Below are positions 11,737 through 25,152 of a stretch of 64,000 nt of DNA, piece after piece. The notes below the pieces were generated by a model. It did no database searches. It was given only the letters and a program-made list of their open reading frames with translations, and had not been told where the DNA came from. Within the stretch, counting starts at the first letter, position 1. Each line of letters starts with the position of its first letter. The position numbers and the translations under genes are program-made. The stretch is from Octopus vulgaris (taxonomy: Eukaryota): the NCBI GenBank assembly GCA_951406725.2, contig OX597827.1, positions 57,784,001-57,848,000 on the forward strand, written 5' to 3'.

Positions 11737-12093
11737 TTGTTTGTTTGTTGAGCGAAGCGGTCTTCGTCCGATTAGTGGGAGAAGTCTTAAATGTGGTCCT
11801 TTGCTATTCGTAAGACCCGCAGAAGAGAAAGCAGGTCAACCCCCGACACCGAGAGCATCGACGGATGGATGAATGCGCATCTAGGCTCAGCGGTTGCGTA
11901 GGAAGTCGGAGACAAAAAACAAGAAGAAAGAGTGAGAGAAAGAGTACAACAGGGGTCGCCACCACCCACTGCCTCGTGGAGCTTTAGGTTTTTTCGCTCA
12001 ATAAACACACACAACGCCCGGTCTGGGAATCGAAACCGCGATCCTCCGACCGCGAGTCCGCTGCCCTAGCCACTGGGCCATTGCGCCTCCACT
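11737..12093 (-). mobile_element. tRNA-derived SINE family D, nested in an older SINE (11627-12208)
   Basis: tRNA-like head GTGGAGGCGCAATGGCCCAGTGG, (AAAC)n tail and a 12-bp TSD CGTTGCTGCAGT (11725-11736 / 12094-12105). Confidence 0.9.
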
Positions 12094-12281
12094 CGTTGCT
12101 GCAGTCCACTCAGCTGGCAAAAATAAGTAGTCCTGCGATGGACTGGGGTTTTGTCCAAGGGTGGGGGAAATATATGTGCCACTGAAATCGGGAAACCTAC
12201 CCTATGAGTCTCTCTTTCTTCTCTCTTTTTTTCTCTCTTCCTCTTTTTTCTTTCTCTCTCTCTCTCTCTCTCTCGCATATG

Positions 12282-12357
<76 letters not shown>

Positions 12358-12584
12358 TTATATATATATATATATATATATCGAACTATGCTCCTAAGAG
12401 CCCATGGCGAAACTGTTTATCAGTGTATGTTGAAATAGTTCGATTTGTTTTCCTGTTCTGTTTTGTTTTCCAACGATTCTATTCGAAAAATATGTCCATA
12501 TCCACTGCTGTGATTTTTGCTACTAAGGTATCGGTTAAACTTTTGATTAATCTACTACAAGATTATTCATCTTTCTATTTCACA

Positions 12585-12620
<36 letters not shown>

Positions 12621-12622
<2 letters not shown>

Positions 12623-14075
12623 CGGGAAGCTTTATGAAAATAGACAAAAGACGAAGGCAGGTTTACGGAAATAAACAAAAGACGAAGGCAGGTGGAATAC
12701 AAACAAACAATTGTATTAGTATGGCGCTCAGAAAATATAAATAAAACAAGTCTTTAACGTTTCGAGCCTACGCTCTTCAACAGAAAGATACACAGAGAAA
12801 AACCACAGAAAGAAGGAGAGAAGAAAAATATGCGTGCAGAAGCTAGCGAATCAACATGGCGATCTGATTTCGGCCAGAAGTCAAAGATCAAACATGAGAC
12901 GCAAGAGCGAAATAGGGGAGATAATAGGGTTGAATGACCTCGCTCCAACATAAGAGTGTGTGTGTATGAGAAGAGTGTGTGTGTGTGTATGAGAGAGTAT
13001 TAGTGCGTATGAGAGGTCTGGACGTGTGTATGTATGTATGATGTGATGTGTAAAGTCGTATGGTGTAGTGTAGAGAGAGGAGATGAGGGAAGAGGGGGAG
13101 GTGAGGGGGAGAAAGAAAGGGGAGAAGAGGAGGGGGAAGGGGAAGGGGGAGAAGGAAGGAGAGGAGAGGAGGAGGGGAGAGGAGGAGGGAGGATAGACGG
13201 AGAGGGGGAGAGAGAGAAGGGGAGTGAGGGATCAGAGAGAAAGAGGGAAGGGGAAGAGGGAAGAAGGAGGGAGGGAGAAAGAGGGAAGAAGGGAAGAGGA
13301 GTAGGGGTGAAAGGATGAAGGACTGAAGAGAAGTATGGGTCGGGGGGGAGGTTAGATGAGGAGGGGGGAGGGGGGTTAGATGAGGAGGGGGAGAGTTGAG
13401 ACCAAATGGCGTATAACAGCGAAGAGAGAAGATTAATTCCTGTTCACGGCGCAAACGGGAATCCGGATGGCCTCTGTGTAAGGACAAACCGAACACAGAC
13501 AGGTGTTGCAAGGAGTGACCGGTGGAGCGGAAATGGCGTGAGACCGGTGTGTCGTTCGCAAGGCGGATGTCACGAAGGTGTTCCGCGAACCGGTCAGCCA
13601 AGCGGCGTCCCGTTTGTCCGATGTACAGGGAATGGCAGAGAGAGCAAGAGACGCAATAGATAATATTGCTGGAGGTGCAGGTGAAGGAGTTGATGATGCG
13701 AAAGGGTCGATGATGGGTGCCAGTGAGGAGGGTGGTGTTGGAGAGGTAAGGGCAAGTGCGGCAACGTGGGCGGGAGCAGGGGAACGAGCCAGGTTGGGAG
13801 GTAGGGTCAGGGAAGGAGCTATGGACCAAAAGGTCTCGAAGGTTATGGGCTCGTTTGAAAGAGGGGAGGGGTCGGTTAGGGAAGAGGTGTGAAGTGGACG
13901 GGTCGGACTGGAGATGACGGAAAGCTCGAAGAATGGTGCGTTGGAGAGGTAGGGTCGTGGGGTGGTAAGTGAGGGGAAAAGGGAGGCGGGAGACTACAGG
14001 GCGGGTTCGGGGAGAGAGAGCAGATACACGGTCCACAGAACGTGTTCTGGCAAGGGCGGTGTGGATAGTGGTGAG
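12621..14075 (-). mobile_element. 5'-truncated Penelope-like element (Neptune-type): GIY-YIG endonuclease, purine-rich spacer and pseudo-LTR
   Basis: ORF 12888-14036 contains the Cys linker CSRPRCRTC, then IIYCVSCSLCHSLYIGQTGRRLADRFAEH...RREQELIFSL..PFGLN. An HHR motif lies in the 3' pLTR and the element is flanked by microsatellites. Confidence 0.9.
12751..12788 (-). ncRNA. Minimal hammerhead-like motif (A6U core) in the PLE pLTR
   Basis: Minus strand TCTTT-CTGTTGA-A-GAGC-GTAG-GCTC-GAAA-CG-TT-AAAGA. Confidence 0.6.
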
Positions 14076-14080
14076 GTGGT

Positions 14081-14372
14081 ATATATGTGTGTGTGTGTGT
14101 GTGTGTATGTCGTATATGTATATATAGGTCGTATATGTACATATATGCGTATCTGCTTATGTGTGTGTGTTTGTCCCCCGCCAACGCTTGACAACCGATG
14201 CTGGTGTGTTTATGTCCCCGTAACTTATCGGTTTGGCGAAAGAGACTGATAAAATAAGTACTAGGCTCACAAAGAATAAGTCCTGTGGTCGATTTCTTCG
14301 ACTAAAACCCTTTAAGGCGGTGCTCCAGCATGGCCGTAGTCACACGACTGAAACAAGTTAAAGAATAGAAGA
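14081..14372 (+). mobile_element. SINE family A, 3' half
   Basis: GTTTGTCCCCC...GGCGGTGCTCCAGCATGGCC...GACTGAAACAAG. Confidence 0.8.
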
Positions 14373-14403
14373 ACATACATGCATACATACATACATACAT
14401 ACA

Positions 14404-14437
<34 letters not shown>

Positions 14438-14565
14438 CATACATGTGTGTCTGTGTATTATGTAATATATATGTTGCATTGTATGGGTCCACACACGGCT
14501 GTTGCTGAGAAATATTCAACTACACAGTAGTTATAAAGAATGATCTAAATCTTATTGGAATATAA

Positions 14566-14812
14566 TCATCATCATCATTGTTCGACCGTGGTCGAGACAA
14601 TGGAATTTACCATGCTACGCCAGACTTCACGGTCCATCATGGCATTACGGAGGTCCTGTTGCTGGATGCCTGTATCCCTGGAGATTACATCAGGGTAGGA
14701 GAGTGTGCGCCCTCTGGTATTGCGAGTAGATGGCTTCCAGAGGAGAAGAGTAGAAATTACTTCTTTTTCAGCTCTACAACAATGTCCAGCAAACTGGACT
14801 CTCCTACCTTTC
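14566..14812 (-). mobile_element. RTE-clade LINE 3' end
   Basis: RRVQFAGHCCRAEKEVISTLLLWKP...RGRTLSYPDVISRDTG...AMMDREVWRSMV, followed by a (TGA)n tail. Confidence 0.8.
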
Positions 14813-15758
14813 GCATATAAACTGAGCAACTGAAAGCTGGTGTGCGGTGCAGAAACAAATGTTGTGATCTATGATCAAAACCTGATATTTTCCATCTTCC
14901 TGTTATATCATTTTAACATAAAATGATATGTGTGTGTGTGTGTGTATGTATTACATAAGTGTATCGTATGATCGTTCCACAGTATATTGACGTGCACCTA
15001 TATACATAAAATGTCACACTTTTTTAATGTTTTCAGATAAAAAAAAAATTGTGAATTTCAGAAACGGGACGCGCAACTGCAGAATTTAAAATAAAATTAA
15101 ATATTGTTTGGCAATCGCTTTGATTTATTTCTCTTACTTCATTTAAATATATTTTATTTGTTATGCATGGTTACGATGAGACGGGGAAGAAAAACGAGAA
15201 AATAGCAAACAGTTTTACACATAGACGCACGCATACACACATAGAAACAAGCAAACACACACACACACGTTTGGATCGGATAACGCTGTCCTGTATTTTT
15301 AAAATGTCTGACATTACGAAGCGAAATATAGGAGAAATGACGTCAGACTTTTTTTTGATTTTGAATGAAAACATTAGCATTACAGCTGGAAGCCAAACTG
15401 AGAAGAGCGCCATTGGGCGTTCTGTCTATCAAAGTCTGTATTACGTCATAATTAATATTGATTTCGAGGCAGAATAGAGGACTAAATTGTTTCTACGTTT
15501 CGTCCTTCTATCTCTATACGAATTCAAATTCCACAGGAGTTAGTTTTCGCCTTTCATCTAAACAGGGTCGATAAATTAAGTAGCTGTCATATACTAAATT
15601 CAAATCAATACAATTTTACCTCTCTCTTGCAAATATTTGGTTCTGTGCGAATGTGAGAAATTGCATTTAGTGATTGCACAAGACCATAATAGCTACAAAC
15701 ACGAGGAAATTGAACTGTGTGGTGTTTGTGTTTGTGCATTTCTCGACGGCAGTGACTA

Positions 15759-16279
15759 CCGTAAATCCTCGAGTATAATCCGCATTTTTTCCCCAAAATT
15801 TAAAGGTCAAAATCCATAGAGCGTACTATATACGAGGTTAAAAATGAAAAATATTTTCTAAGCAATGTCCGAGTCTCTATTTGCTGTCCGGCAATGTTTA
15901 TTCAGACGCATTTTGTGATGTCGGGCGCGAAAATAACTTAAGCTAAGCCTGAAAGCAATGAAGTCATAAAAGAATCATCTATAACTTGTAGTAAGCAACA
16001 TTTATTAAACGTTATTACTGTTATTTCTTTATTTTCTGCAAACAAAATGCAAACAAAATGCACAAAAAAGCTACTATAGCATTATGTTATACATACAATA
16101 ATAATAAAGGACGTTACCGTATACATTTTTACAAACCAAGGACGTTATAGAGACCTCCTTGACTCAAGTTAGAGAAAGGGTGCGTATTATACACAAGGTT
16201 TAGGTTTTTCAGAGGTACAACCCCCTAAAAATCCCCTGTGTATTATACTCAAGGGCGGACTATACGCGAGGATTTACGG
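15759..16279. mobile_element. Tc1/mariner-superfamily MITE, copy 1
   Basis: TIR CCGTAAATCCTCGAGTATA and TA target duplication. Copies at 32370 and 42158 in the opposite orientation. Confidence 0.9.
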
Positions 16280-16879
16280 TATGTCACGGGAGCAAAACTA
16301 ACATGGCTACAACTTGCTTATCGACTCTGCTCTCTTGGGCTTTAACTCTTTCTCCACAATGCTCGCCTGTCGTACATATTCTCTACGTTTACTCGGCTTC
16401 ATTTGCGAATGTGAATAACACTGTAACAAAATTTTTATTTCGTTGTCTTTGGTCAGTAAGAGTTATTATTCCTTATTTACTTCTATCTAGAAATCAAAGG
16501 ATATCACTGCTATTTCCTTCAAACTGCTTTTGTGACCTGGACATCAATGCTTTCAAACTGGCCTATTTTCTATTACATTTCAGACAGATTCAGCATTGAG
16601 TTGCTGAAGCAGAAATATTGTTATAGCAAATATTCTGCTCAGCACCACAGATTTGTTTGTCAGTTGCTTGACCTTAACCATTGGACCATGTTCCTTAGTG
16701 GGTAACAATATGTGCATCTCTGATCATGAGCAGGAGGAGTAGTGGTGGAACATTATAGCCATGTGTTAAGAGGGATTCTTTTTGTAGGGGTAAGCAAATA
16801 GGAAATAACAGTTGCCATCCAAGGACAAATATCATGTTACACAGAGTAATCGATTTTTGCATAGACACAAACACGCGCG

Positions 16880-17400
16880 CGCAGCGGCACACACACATAC
16901 ACACATACAGACACATACATACATACATACACACACACATACAGACACACATACATACATACATACATACATACATACATACATACATACATACAGACAC
17001 ACATACATACATACATACATACATACATACATACATACATACATACATACATACATACATACGTACGTACGTACATACATACATACATACATACATACGT
17101 ACGTACATACTTACATAATACATACATACGTACGTACGTACATACATACATACATACATACATACATACATACATACATACATACAAACATACATACAGA
17201 CACACACACACATACATACATACATACATACATACATACATACATACATACATACGTACGTACATGCTTACATAATACATACATACATACATACATACAT
17301 ACATACATACATACATACATACATACATACATACATACATACATACATACATACGTACGAACATACATACATACATACATACATACATACATACATACGT
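16880..17400. repeat. (CATA)n compound microsatellite
   Basis: About 500 bp of CATA/CGTA/CA units. One of many (TA)n, (CA)n, (CATA)n, (GATA)n and (GACA)n arrays in the window. Confidence 0.95.
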
Positions 17401-17815
17401 GATGGCAAGTTTCTTCTTATCCAAAGATCATGAGAAAGAGCAGCACGGCTTCAACTGGTTATTTAAACCGATCTATAGCGATGCAGGACATTTCCTCCTG
17501 CCTGCGTTAAATAGTTTTAAAGTAAGAATCAGACCACGCAATCCGATGCCACGCTTTGGACTTGGGGGTCCGGCCACGCGGCTCAGCGGGCTAAGACAGC
17601 TGCAGTGGTCAGCAAGCTGTCGGTTTTATGGCGGCGAGCTGGTAGAATCGTTAGCACGCCGGGCGAAATGCGTAGCCGTATTTCGTCTGCCGTTACGTTC
17701 TGAGTTGTGTATGAATGTGTATTGTACAAGTAAGCATATATATACATATACACATCAAACATACAAAGATATACATGTATATATATATATATATATACAC
17801 ATCAAACATACAAAG

Positions 17816-17952
<137 letters not shown>

Positions 17953-18007
17953 GGTGCATATGTACTCCCACACGCACACGTCCACAGTCGATTGGTATTT
18001 ACATAAA

Positions 18008-18245
18008 GGCGGCGAGCTGGCAGAAACGTTAGCACGCCGGACGAAATGCGTAGCCGTATTTCGTCTGCCGTTACGTTCTGAGTTCAAATTCCGCCGAGAT
18101 CGACTTTGCCGTTCATCCTTTCGGGGTCGATAAATTAATTACGAGTTACGCACTGGAGTCGATGTAATCGACTTAATCCGATTGTCTGTCCTTGTTTGTC
18201 CTCTCTGTGTTTAGCCCCTTGTGGGTAGTAAAGAAATAGGTATTT
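18008..18245 (+). mobile_element. SINE family C (MetaSINE-like central domain)
   Basis: GGCGGCGAGCTGGCAGAAACGTTAGC head and TTCATCCTTTCGGGGTCGATAAA core. Other copies at 17629, 21449, 22197, 33108, 53952 and 58085. Confidence 0.8.
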
Positions 18246-19628
18246 ACATGGACAACTTTGGAAAATGTAACTCACTGGAATGAAATTAAACATTACCAAA
18301 CATTTGTATCTGTTCATCTCCGTTTGTGACAGTTCCTCCTCCTCCTCCTCCTCCTCCTCCTCCTTACCATTGATTTCTTTACTAAAAACAATGGATATAT
18401 ATTTAGGTAAGCTTACTGGAGTCATACGGGTTTAAAATATCCAGGCCCTAATATGTTATGACGTAACATTTTAAAATAAAGGCGCGTGTATACATTTATA
18501 TATATATATATTTATATGATGCATACATTACACACACACAGGAGACCAACAGAATAAGTTAAGTACTAGGGTTAAAAAAAATAAGATTAATCTAAACCTT
18601 CCGAAACAGTGTCTCAATATGGCCGCCGTCCAATGACGGAACGAGTAAAAGATGAATGATAACAACTAAGTCGGCAGACATTGAATGCCAATGTTGCTAT
18701 CTGCTTCTTGTATCGGTCCCTTTCTGTGGTGACGTTTGGTTGTTTATGGCTTCGAAACTGGGCGTACATATAATTTAGTGTCAAACAAACAGTGATACGG
18801 CTAACTCTAGGTTTTCAATTCACTGAACGTCACAATAAATTGACGTTTTCGTCGTAATGTTTTGAGTTCTATATTAAACTATGTTTTTCAGTTCCGTATC
18901 AACCAACATATAAATAGTCAAGTGAATGCTATAGTGTCAGCAGAATTTTGAAGCAATCAGACGACAGTGTGTCACAAACAAAAATATGTAAAAGGATATT
19001 TTCTTTCTCTCTTCGTTTGCTCGTAACACAGATTCAAGCACAAAAGCTCTTAACTTGAAAAGTGTGGAGGGAGAGAGAGAAAAAAAAAAGTGACACATTT
19101 GCATTACATGAATAAGGTTTCTTTGTTTTCGCGTTTTGCATGGTTGCAAGTTTTCGACGAAGTCTGAGTGCTTTCAAGATTAAAATGATTTCTGAATTCT
19201 CTTTTAGTGTTCCTGGTTACTGTAGCAATACAGAAACAAACACAAACAAACAAACAAACGATAATAATAATAATAATAATAATTATAATAATAATAATAA
19301 TAATAATAATAAAATAATAAAAGGGAAAGGAAAAAAGAAGCAATTATATGAAACTGAATTAAAGAGAACGAGTGTAGCTGTTTGAATCAGCCTGTTTGGG
19401 AAGAATAGACGCTATGAAAGGAGATCTGATGAAGGGAAGCTACTACAAATATGCTTGTCTGGTTAGAATGAAATAATCTAAGTATATTTCTCCAGTCGTT
19501 TATGTTCTAGAAGCACACAGTGTTATCAATAGAACGATACTGTGCATTGATTTCTATTAATCGAGTATAGCATGATTTATTGATTGGATGATCGATAAAG
19601 TCATATACAATGATGTGCAACGCACATT

Positions 19629-19660
<32 letters not shown>

Positions 19661-21048
19661 CTTTTTTTTTTTTTTTGGTATTTCGAGTTTCAAATCAGGT
19701 CGAAACAGTATAATGAACAAGACTGAGAATATCAATTTAAGGTTTTTAATTCATTTTATTTTATTTTATTTTTCGTTGAGCTTTCAGATTGATCAAATGG
19801 AAATGATTGTATAAACAGAAACGAGAGAAAGAGAGAAAGAAAGAGAGAGTGAGTTAAAGATAGACAGACAGACACATAGTGTGAGGATCTAAAGCTGGAA
19901 TTCAATTTACGAAAATACATTAAAAAAATGATAATAAAATATTCAAAAATAATTTGAAAAATTTTAAATTTAAAATTTAAATATAAAAACCGAATTTAAT
20001 TTTTTTTTTAAAGAAACTGCATTAAGAATATAGTTTGAATTTTTATTTCATTTTTTTTTTCTCTTTTATGGATTCGAGTGTCATCCCGATCTTAAAACCA
20101 TTTTATTTTAATGAATTTGAAACAGGCGGTGAGCTCGCAAAATCATTAGCATGCCTGACAAAACTGCTTGGCTCTTTACGTTCTGAGTTCAAGTCCCGCC
20201 GATCTATTCTTTCTAGGTTGATAAAAAAAAAAATCACCTTTAATACAAAGCCTGAAATTTTTCGAGGTGGAGCTAGGAAATTACATTGATGCCAGGGCTT
20301 AACTGGTGATTTATTAAATTTGAAATATCGAACGATATTAACTGGTGGGGTGGGGGGTGGAGAAAAAGAAAGAAAATTTTAATCAAATTCCCAGCCCTGA
20401 TACGTGGAGTGAAGCAACATTTAACTAATTTTAGCTTCGGAAACCAAACTGGCTTGTGGAACACATTGGAAACACAAGATTAAAGAAAAAGGTCAGCACT
20501 TCATTGTGGATTTGGATGCGATCAAATTAAGTAAAATAACTGCAGAAGTCCTCATCTGCCGATCACTCTCTCTCTCTCTCTCTCTCGCTCTCACGCTCTT
20601 TCTCTCCCTCTCTTCCTCCCTCTCAATCCATAGTATTTTTACTAACGTCAGAATGGAAGAGTTAGACCGCAAAAAAGGGGAAGTAATTCATTGAAAGATA
20701 ACCTGAAAAAGTACAGAGGATAAATCTTCTGACCACCGGACAGCAAGAACGAAAATATACCGCTGCTCATGATCATGTCATTTAATGTATTTTTTCTTTG
20801 AAGATGTATAATTTTTCTTCAACGCACCTACCTACCCATCTACATACATACATACATTATAAGCTGTGTATTTTCATCATATTTTCAATTGTGTAATAAA
20901 ATCCACAGTTTATCTATAAAGGATTAGTTTTTTCGATATATCGATCTAAGTTTTATATTACAGATGAAAAGCGAAAAGAAAAATAAAATGCTTTATGGAA
21001 CTCACTTACAACCCTTTGGAAAACAGATTTTCAGGGAGCATACACACA

Positions 21049-21123
<75 letters not shown>

Positions 21124-21669
21124 TCAAACACTCAACAAAGACGTCTTACTACTTCATTATCCAAATGTATCTGGATTCTAAAGATAATAATGCATATATT
21201 TCTGAAATCAGAGTAATTCTTTAAAGCTATTGATATATGTTCGTCCAGTCTCATTAGCGAGCTTGTTGCTCTTGTTTTTTTGTTTGTTTTTTTGTCTCAA
21301 ATTAGTGCTCATAGCATCGAATAAAATTTTACAGTGAAAATCTCTGCAGTTAATTCATTTCTCATTTTTGAGAGTAGGTTTTAATTCTCGTCGCAAACAT
21401 CGAATTGGGGCAAGACATTTTGTCACAGCTGACATTTAGCTTATATATTGGTTTCAAATTCTGGTACAAGGCCAGAAATTTCGGGGGTGGGAAGTAAGTC
21501 AATCACATCGACCCCAAAAGGATGAAAGGCAAAGTTTGAACCCAGAACATAAAGACAGACGAAATGCAGCTAAGCATTTTGTCCGGCGTACTATCGATTC
21601 CGCCAGCTCGCCGCCTTATTTATTTCATATATTAACACATGTGTCATAACCTATCCTGCTAACGCTAAC

Positions 21670-22170
21670 TAACTGAGCTGTGAGGAGAAATCGTCGAATC
21701 ACCGTCCATGAGTTATTAGAGGATGTGTGCAGATTAATTATGGTTCAGTTCAGTCCATTATCACTGAAGATTTGGATATGAGACGCGTATCCGCCAAGTT
21801 TGTGTCAAAATTGCTTTCAGCTGACGAAAAACACTCAGGTTTCAATTGCAAAAGATCTCCTTGAATGTGTCGAGAACGATGAAAACTTTTTGAAACTTTG
21901 TATTGGAATCTAAGCATATATCGCCAAGCTTTTGGCAAAGTTTGATGCAGATTCTCAGCTCAATTTTTTTTATGTTCAATGCGCTTATCACACGCTACAC
22001 ACGTTCCTTCCAAGCACTGCTGTAAACAGCGGAAGTAAACTAGAATGTTGAAACTTAGTGCGCATGCACAGCGGAGTTCAAGGTCAATCTGCGCCAAGCG
22101 GCTTTACGCTGCGTGCTTTAGCTTCGTTACTATGGCAACAGTCCGGATACTTATTGATCAGACCACGTGG
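21670..22170 (+). mobile_element. Internally deleted mariner element
   Basis: RRNRRITVHELLED...SIITEDLDMRRVSAKFVSKLLSAD (WVPHEL-equivalent motif) and a terminal CAGTCCGGATACTTATTGATCAGACC TIR-like end. Confidence 0.75.
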
Positions 22171-22498
22171 TTCATAAACATAAAAAAATTGCCTCAAATT
22201 TTGGCACAATGCCAGCAATTTTGGCGGAATTTGTCAGCAGATTACGTCGAGCTCAGTATATTTAACTGGTATTGTATTTTGTTGACTCTCAAAGGACGAA
22301 GTGCAAAGTTGACCTCGGCGGTATTTGAACTTAGAACATAAAAAGTTGAAAGAAATACTTTGAGGTATTTTTTCGGTCGGCTAATAATAATACTGCTAGC
22401 TCATCGCCTTTAAACACGAAATAATAACAACTGAAAAATAATAATGATAAATGGAAAATTCATTTATGATTTAGTAATTTCTCATCGGATATATTGGG

Positions 22499-22575
<77 letters not shown>

Positions 22576-22601
22576 GTCTTCTGTCTGCCTGCCTGCCTGC
22601 C

Positions 22602-22644
<43 letters not shown>

Positions 22645-22875
22645 ATGTATGTATGTAAGTATTTATAAAAAAGAAGTTTGAAAACGCCACTCTATAAGAT
22701 AAATTTTAATTTTCTTTGAGATTTTACATGTTTCGGTTCTTGAAAAAACGAACCTTATCAAAAATATTTTTAAAAGTTATAAATATATATATGTGTGTGT
22801 GTATATATATGTATGTATGTATATGTGTGTGTGTATATATATGTATGTATGTATATGTGTGTGTGCGCGCGCGCG

Positions 22876-22912
<37 letters not shown>

Positions 22913-23044
22913 CAGAGTTACTAGTGAGGGATTATCAGTCCGATTAAAATACATTATAAGCTTTCTGTTAATACATCAGGCTAACAATATTCTATATTGT
23001 AAATCCATAGTTGAGCTCCAATTATACAGATTTTTACACAGAGG

Positions 23045-23208
23045 CATAAATTATGGCCATTACATATTTTTTCTTTTATTATAGTAAATTTGACTTACAG
23101 CTGTTTTCAGTAGTCATTATAGGTTCATTATTGATAGGTAGCAGCTGGAAACAGCTGTAAGGCAAATTTTCTAGAAAAAAGAAAAATATCTAATGCCCAT
23201 TATTTATG
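23045..23208. repeat. Degenerate fold-back with HHR 3'-half (GAAACAGCTGTA)
   Basis: CATAAATTATGGCCATTA...TTACAGCTGTTTTCAG is mirrored by CTGGAAACAGCTGTAA...TAATGCCCATTATTTATG. Confidence 0.6.
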
Positions 23209-23583
23209 GCTCGTCTTATGTATATATAAATACATAGGCATTTGAAAGATACACCTAAATATAATTTGTAGAACTTTATACATGCTGGATTTTGGTTGAG
23301 CGTTCTGTATCTAGTTCTGGAAATTATGTTTTGTAAACGACAGACTATGCTGACGATCTTGCAGATATTTGCGTGTTCATATATGTAAATATTAACAAGT
23401 GAGACCAATGGTACATAGGTAATCGTTTTTTTTATTTCGTATATTTTCATTTGTCTTGCTTATTTTTACATTTTGTTTTTTTGCTGAGATTTTTCTTGAG
23501 AACACATTCTTTGTGATAGTAGCGATTTGACGTCTATGTTTAGCATATAGGCTGTCCACTTTAGTGGTCAGTCCTCTAAATTT

Positions 23584-23626
<43 letters not shown>

Positions 23627-24587
23627 ATTTATTATATATAGTGCATAATACGAAATATATAATGATTAATACGAATGGATGTAGTTGTGGAGGAAAACGG
23701 TTGCTTTGTACTTAACAAGAGTTGAAAAGATTATATCAGTAAACGAATAAATATATCCGAATAGACAGGCAACTAAATCACGAACCTTCTTACCGATTAG
23801 TGGTTTTTAGAGAGATAAAAAGAAAACGGTTCTTTAAATATCACTATTTTGTTAATCAATAATAAAAATATTAAACAAAAACATAGAAAATTTGATTGGT
23901 TGTTCTTTTGTGTTCGTTCATTAGTACTGAGGGAATTGCCTCAGTTAAAATATTGATATAGTAACAATAATATCTGGAAGACTCTAAGAGAATCCAAATG
24001 TCTGTTAGTCTGTCATTTCTTACTTCTCTTTACTAATTAGTACAACTCACCATTTAGAAATTATCGGCTGTTCCTTTGACACGTAATTAGATTTCTAGAT
24101 CGGTGATGATTAAACAAAACTCTCGGCTGCTTCTTACCAAAAAAGGACATCTTTAGATGTTTTTATCTCCACTCATATTGGCTGATTTGTAGACGTAGGA
24201 GAGAAAAAATAAGACTTTCATGCTGATTAACTAACATAAAATATTAAAAATGAAAACTAAAAAAGGATACGTAAATAAAAATTAGAATTACAAACAAAAC
24301 AATGTAGGTGTAGAATTTTAAATAATGTTTGGAATTTACTTCGATTTCTGTATTTTGTAGACACACACATCTATATTCATTCATTCATTCATACATACAT
24401 ACATACATACATACATACATACATACATACATACATACATACATACATACATACATGCATACATAAATACATACATACATACATACATACATACATACAC
24501 ACATACATACATACATACATACATACATACATACATACATACATACATACATACATACATACATACATACATACATACATACATACG

Positions 24588-24830
24588 TATATGATGGCTG
24601 TCCTCTCGTTATCGAGTATGGCCATTGCACGATCTTAACTGTTATTGGTGCTGTGATCGAATGTGACTTTTTAGCCCAGCTAAAGATCTACAATGTCTTG
24701 TACAGAATTGGCAGCTAAAACCTTTACTGGTAATAGCCGGTTGTAGTTGTAACTGGGCTTCATGTCCCTTTGCATGTCGTTTAAGTCCTCCTGCCGAATT
24801 ACACTCTCTTCCACATGCCTGGCAGACATA
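24588..24830 (-). mobile_element. RTE (BovB-like) LINE 3' end with two C2H2-like motifs
   Basis: CQACGRECNSAGGLKRHAKGH...CQFCTRHCRSLAGLKSHIRSQH*, then a short 3' UTR. Embedded in (CATA)n. Confidence 0.7.
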
Positions 24831-24954
24831 CGTGCATACATACATACATACATACATACATACATACATACATACATACATACATACATACATACATACA
24901 TACAAACATGCATGCATACATACATACATACATACATACATACATACATACATA

Positions 24955-25152
24955 CATCAAAAGTCCAGGAAACTGGACATTTATGGCGAATTGATGCACA
25001 ACTTAGAGCTATTGCACCCTGACTATGAATTCTCATTTGTACTTATCATCGTAGGTGCATTAGGTTATGTACCAACAAATTTGCAGAAAAACCTAGAAAC
25101 ACTTGGTTTCACGGAAAAAGAGCAAAAGAAACTGACACGGATTCTCCAAATC
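24955..25152 (+). mobile_element. R4/Dong-like LINE C-terminal restriction-like endonuclease fragment
   Basis: KLDIYGELMHNLELLHPDYEFSFVLIIVGALGYVPTNLQKNLETLGF...LQ (K..Y..L....PIIVGALG motif). Confidence 0.75.

Noticed and set aside
13034-13400. Gly/Glu/Arg-rich ORF (+) and Pro/Leu/Ser tail of the PLE ORF (-)
   Set aside because: Purine-rich low-complexity spacer. The endonuclease homology ends at PFGLN.
16695-17424. Long ORFs of [16 protein letters not shown] repeats (here and throughout)
   Set aside because: These are translations of (CATA)n, (TA)n, (CA)n and (GATA)n microsatellites that lack stop codons, not genes.
19427-19480. CTGATGA...GAAA...TC as a hammerhead
   Set aside because: No convincing stems I-III, so likely a chance match.
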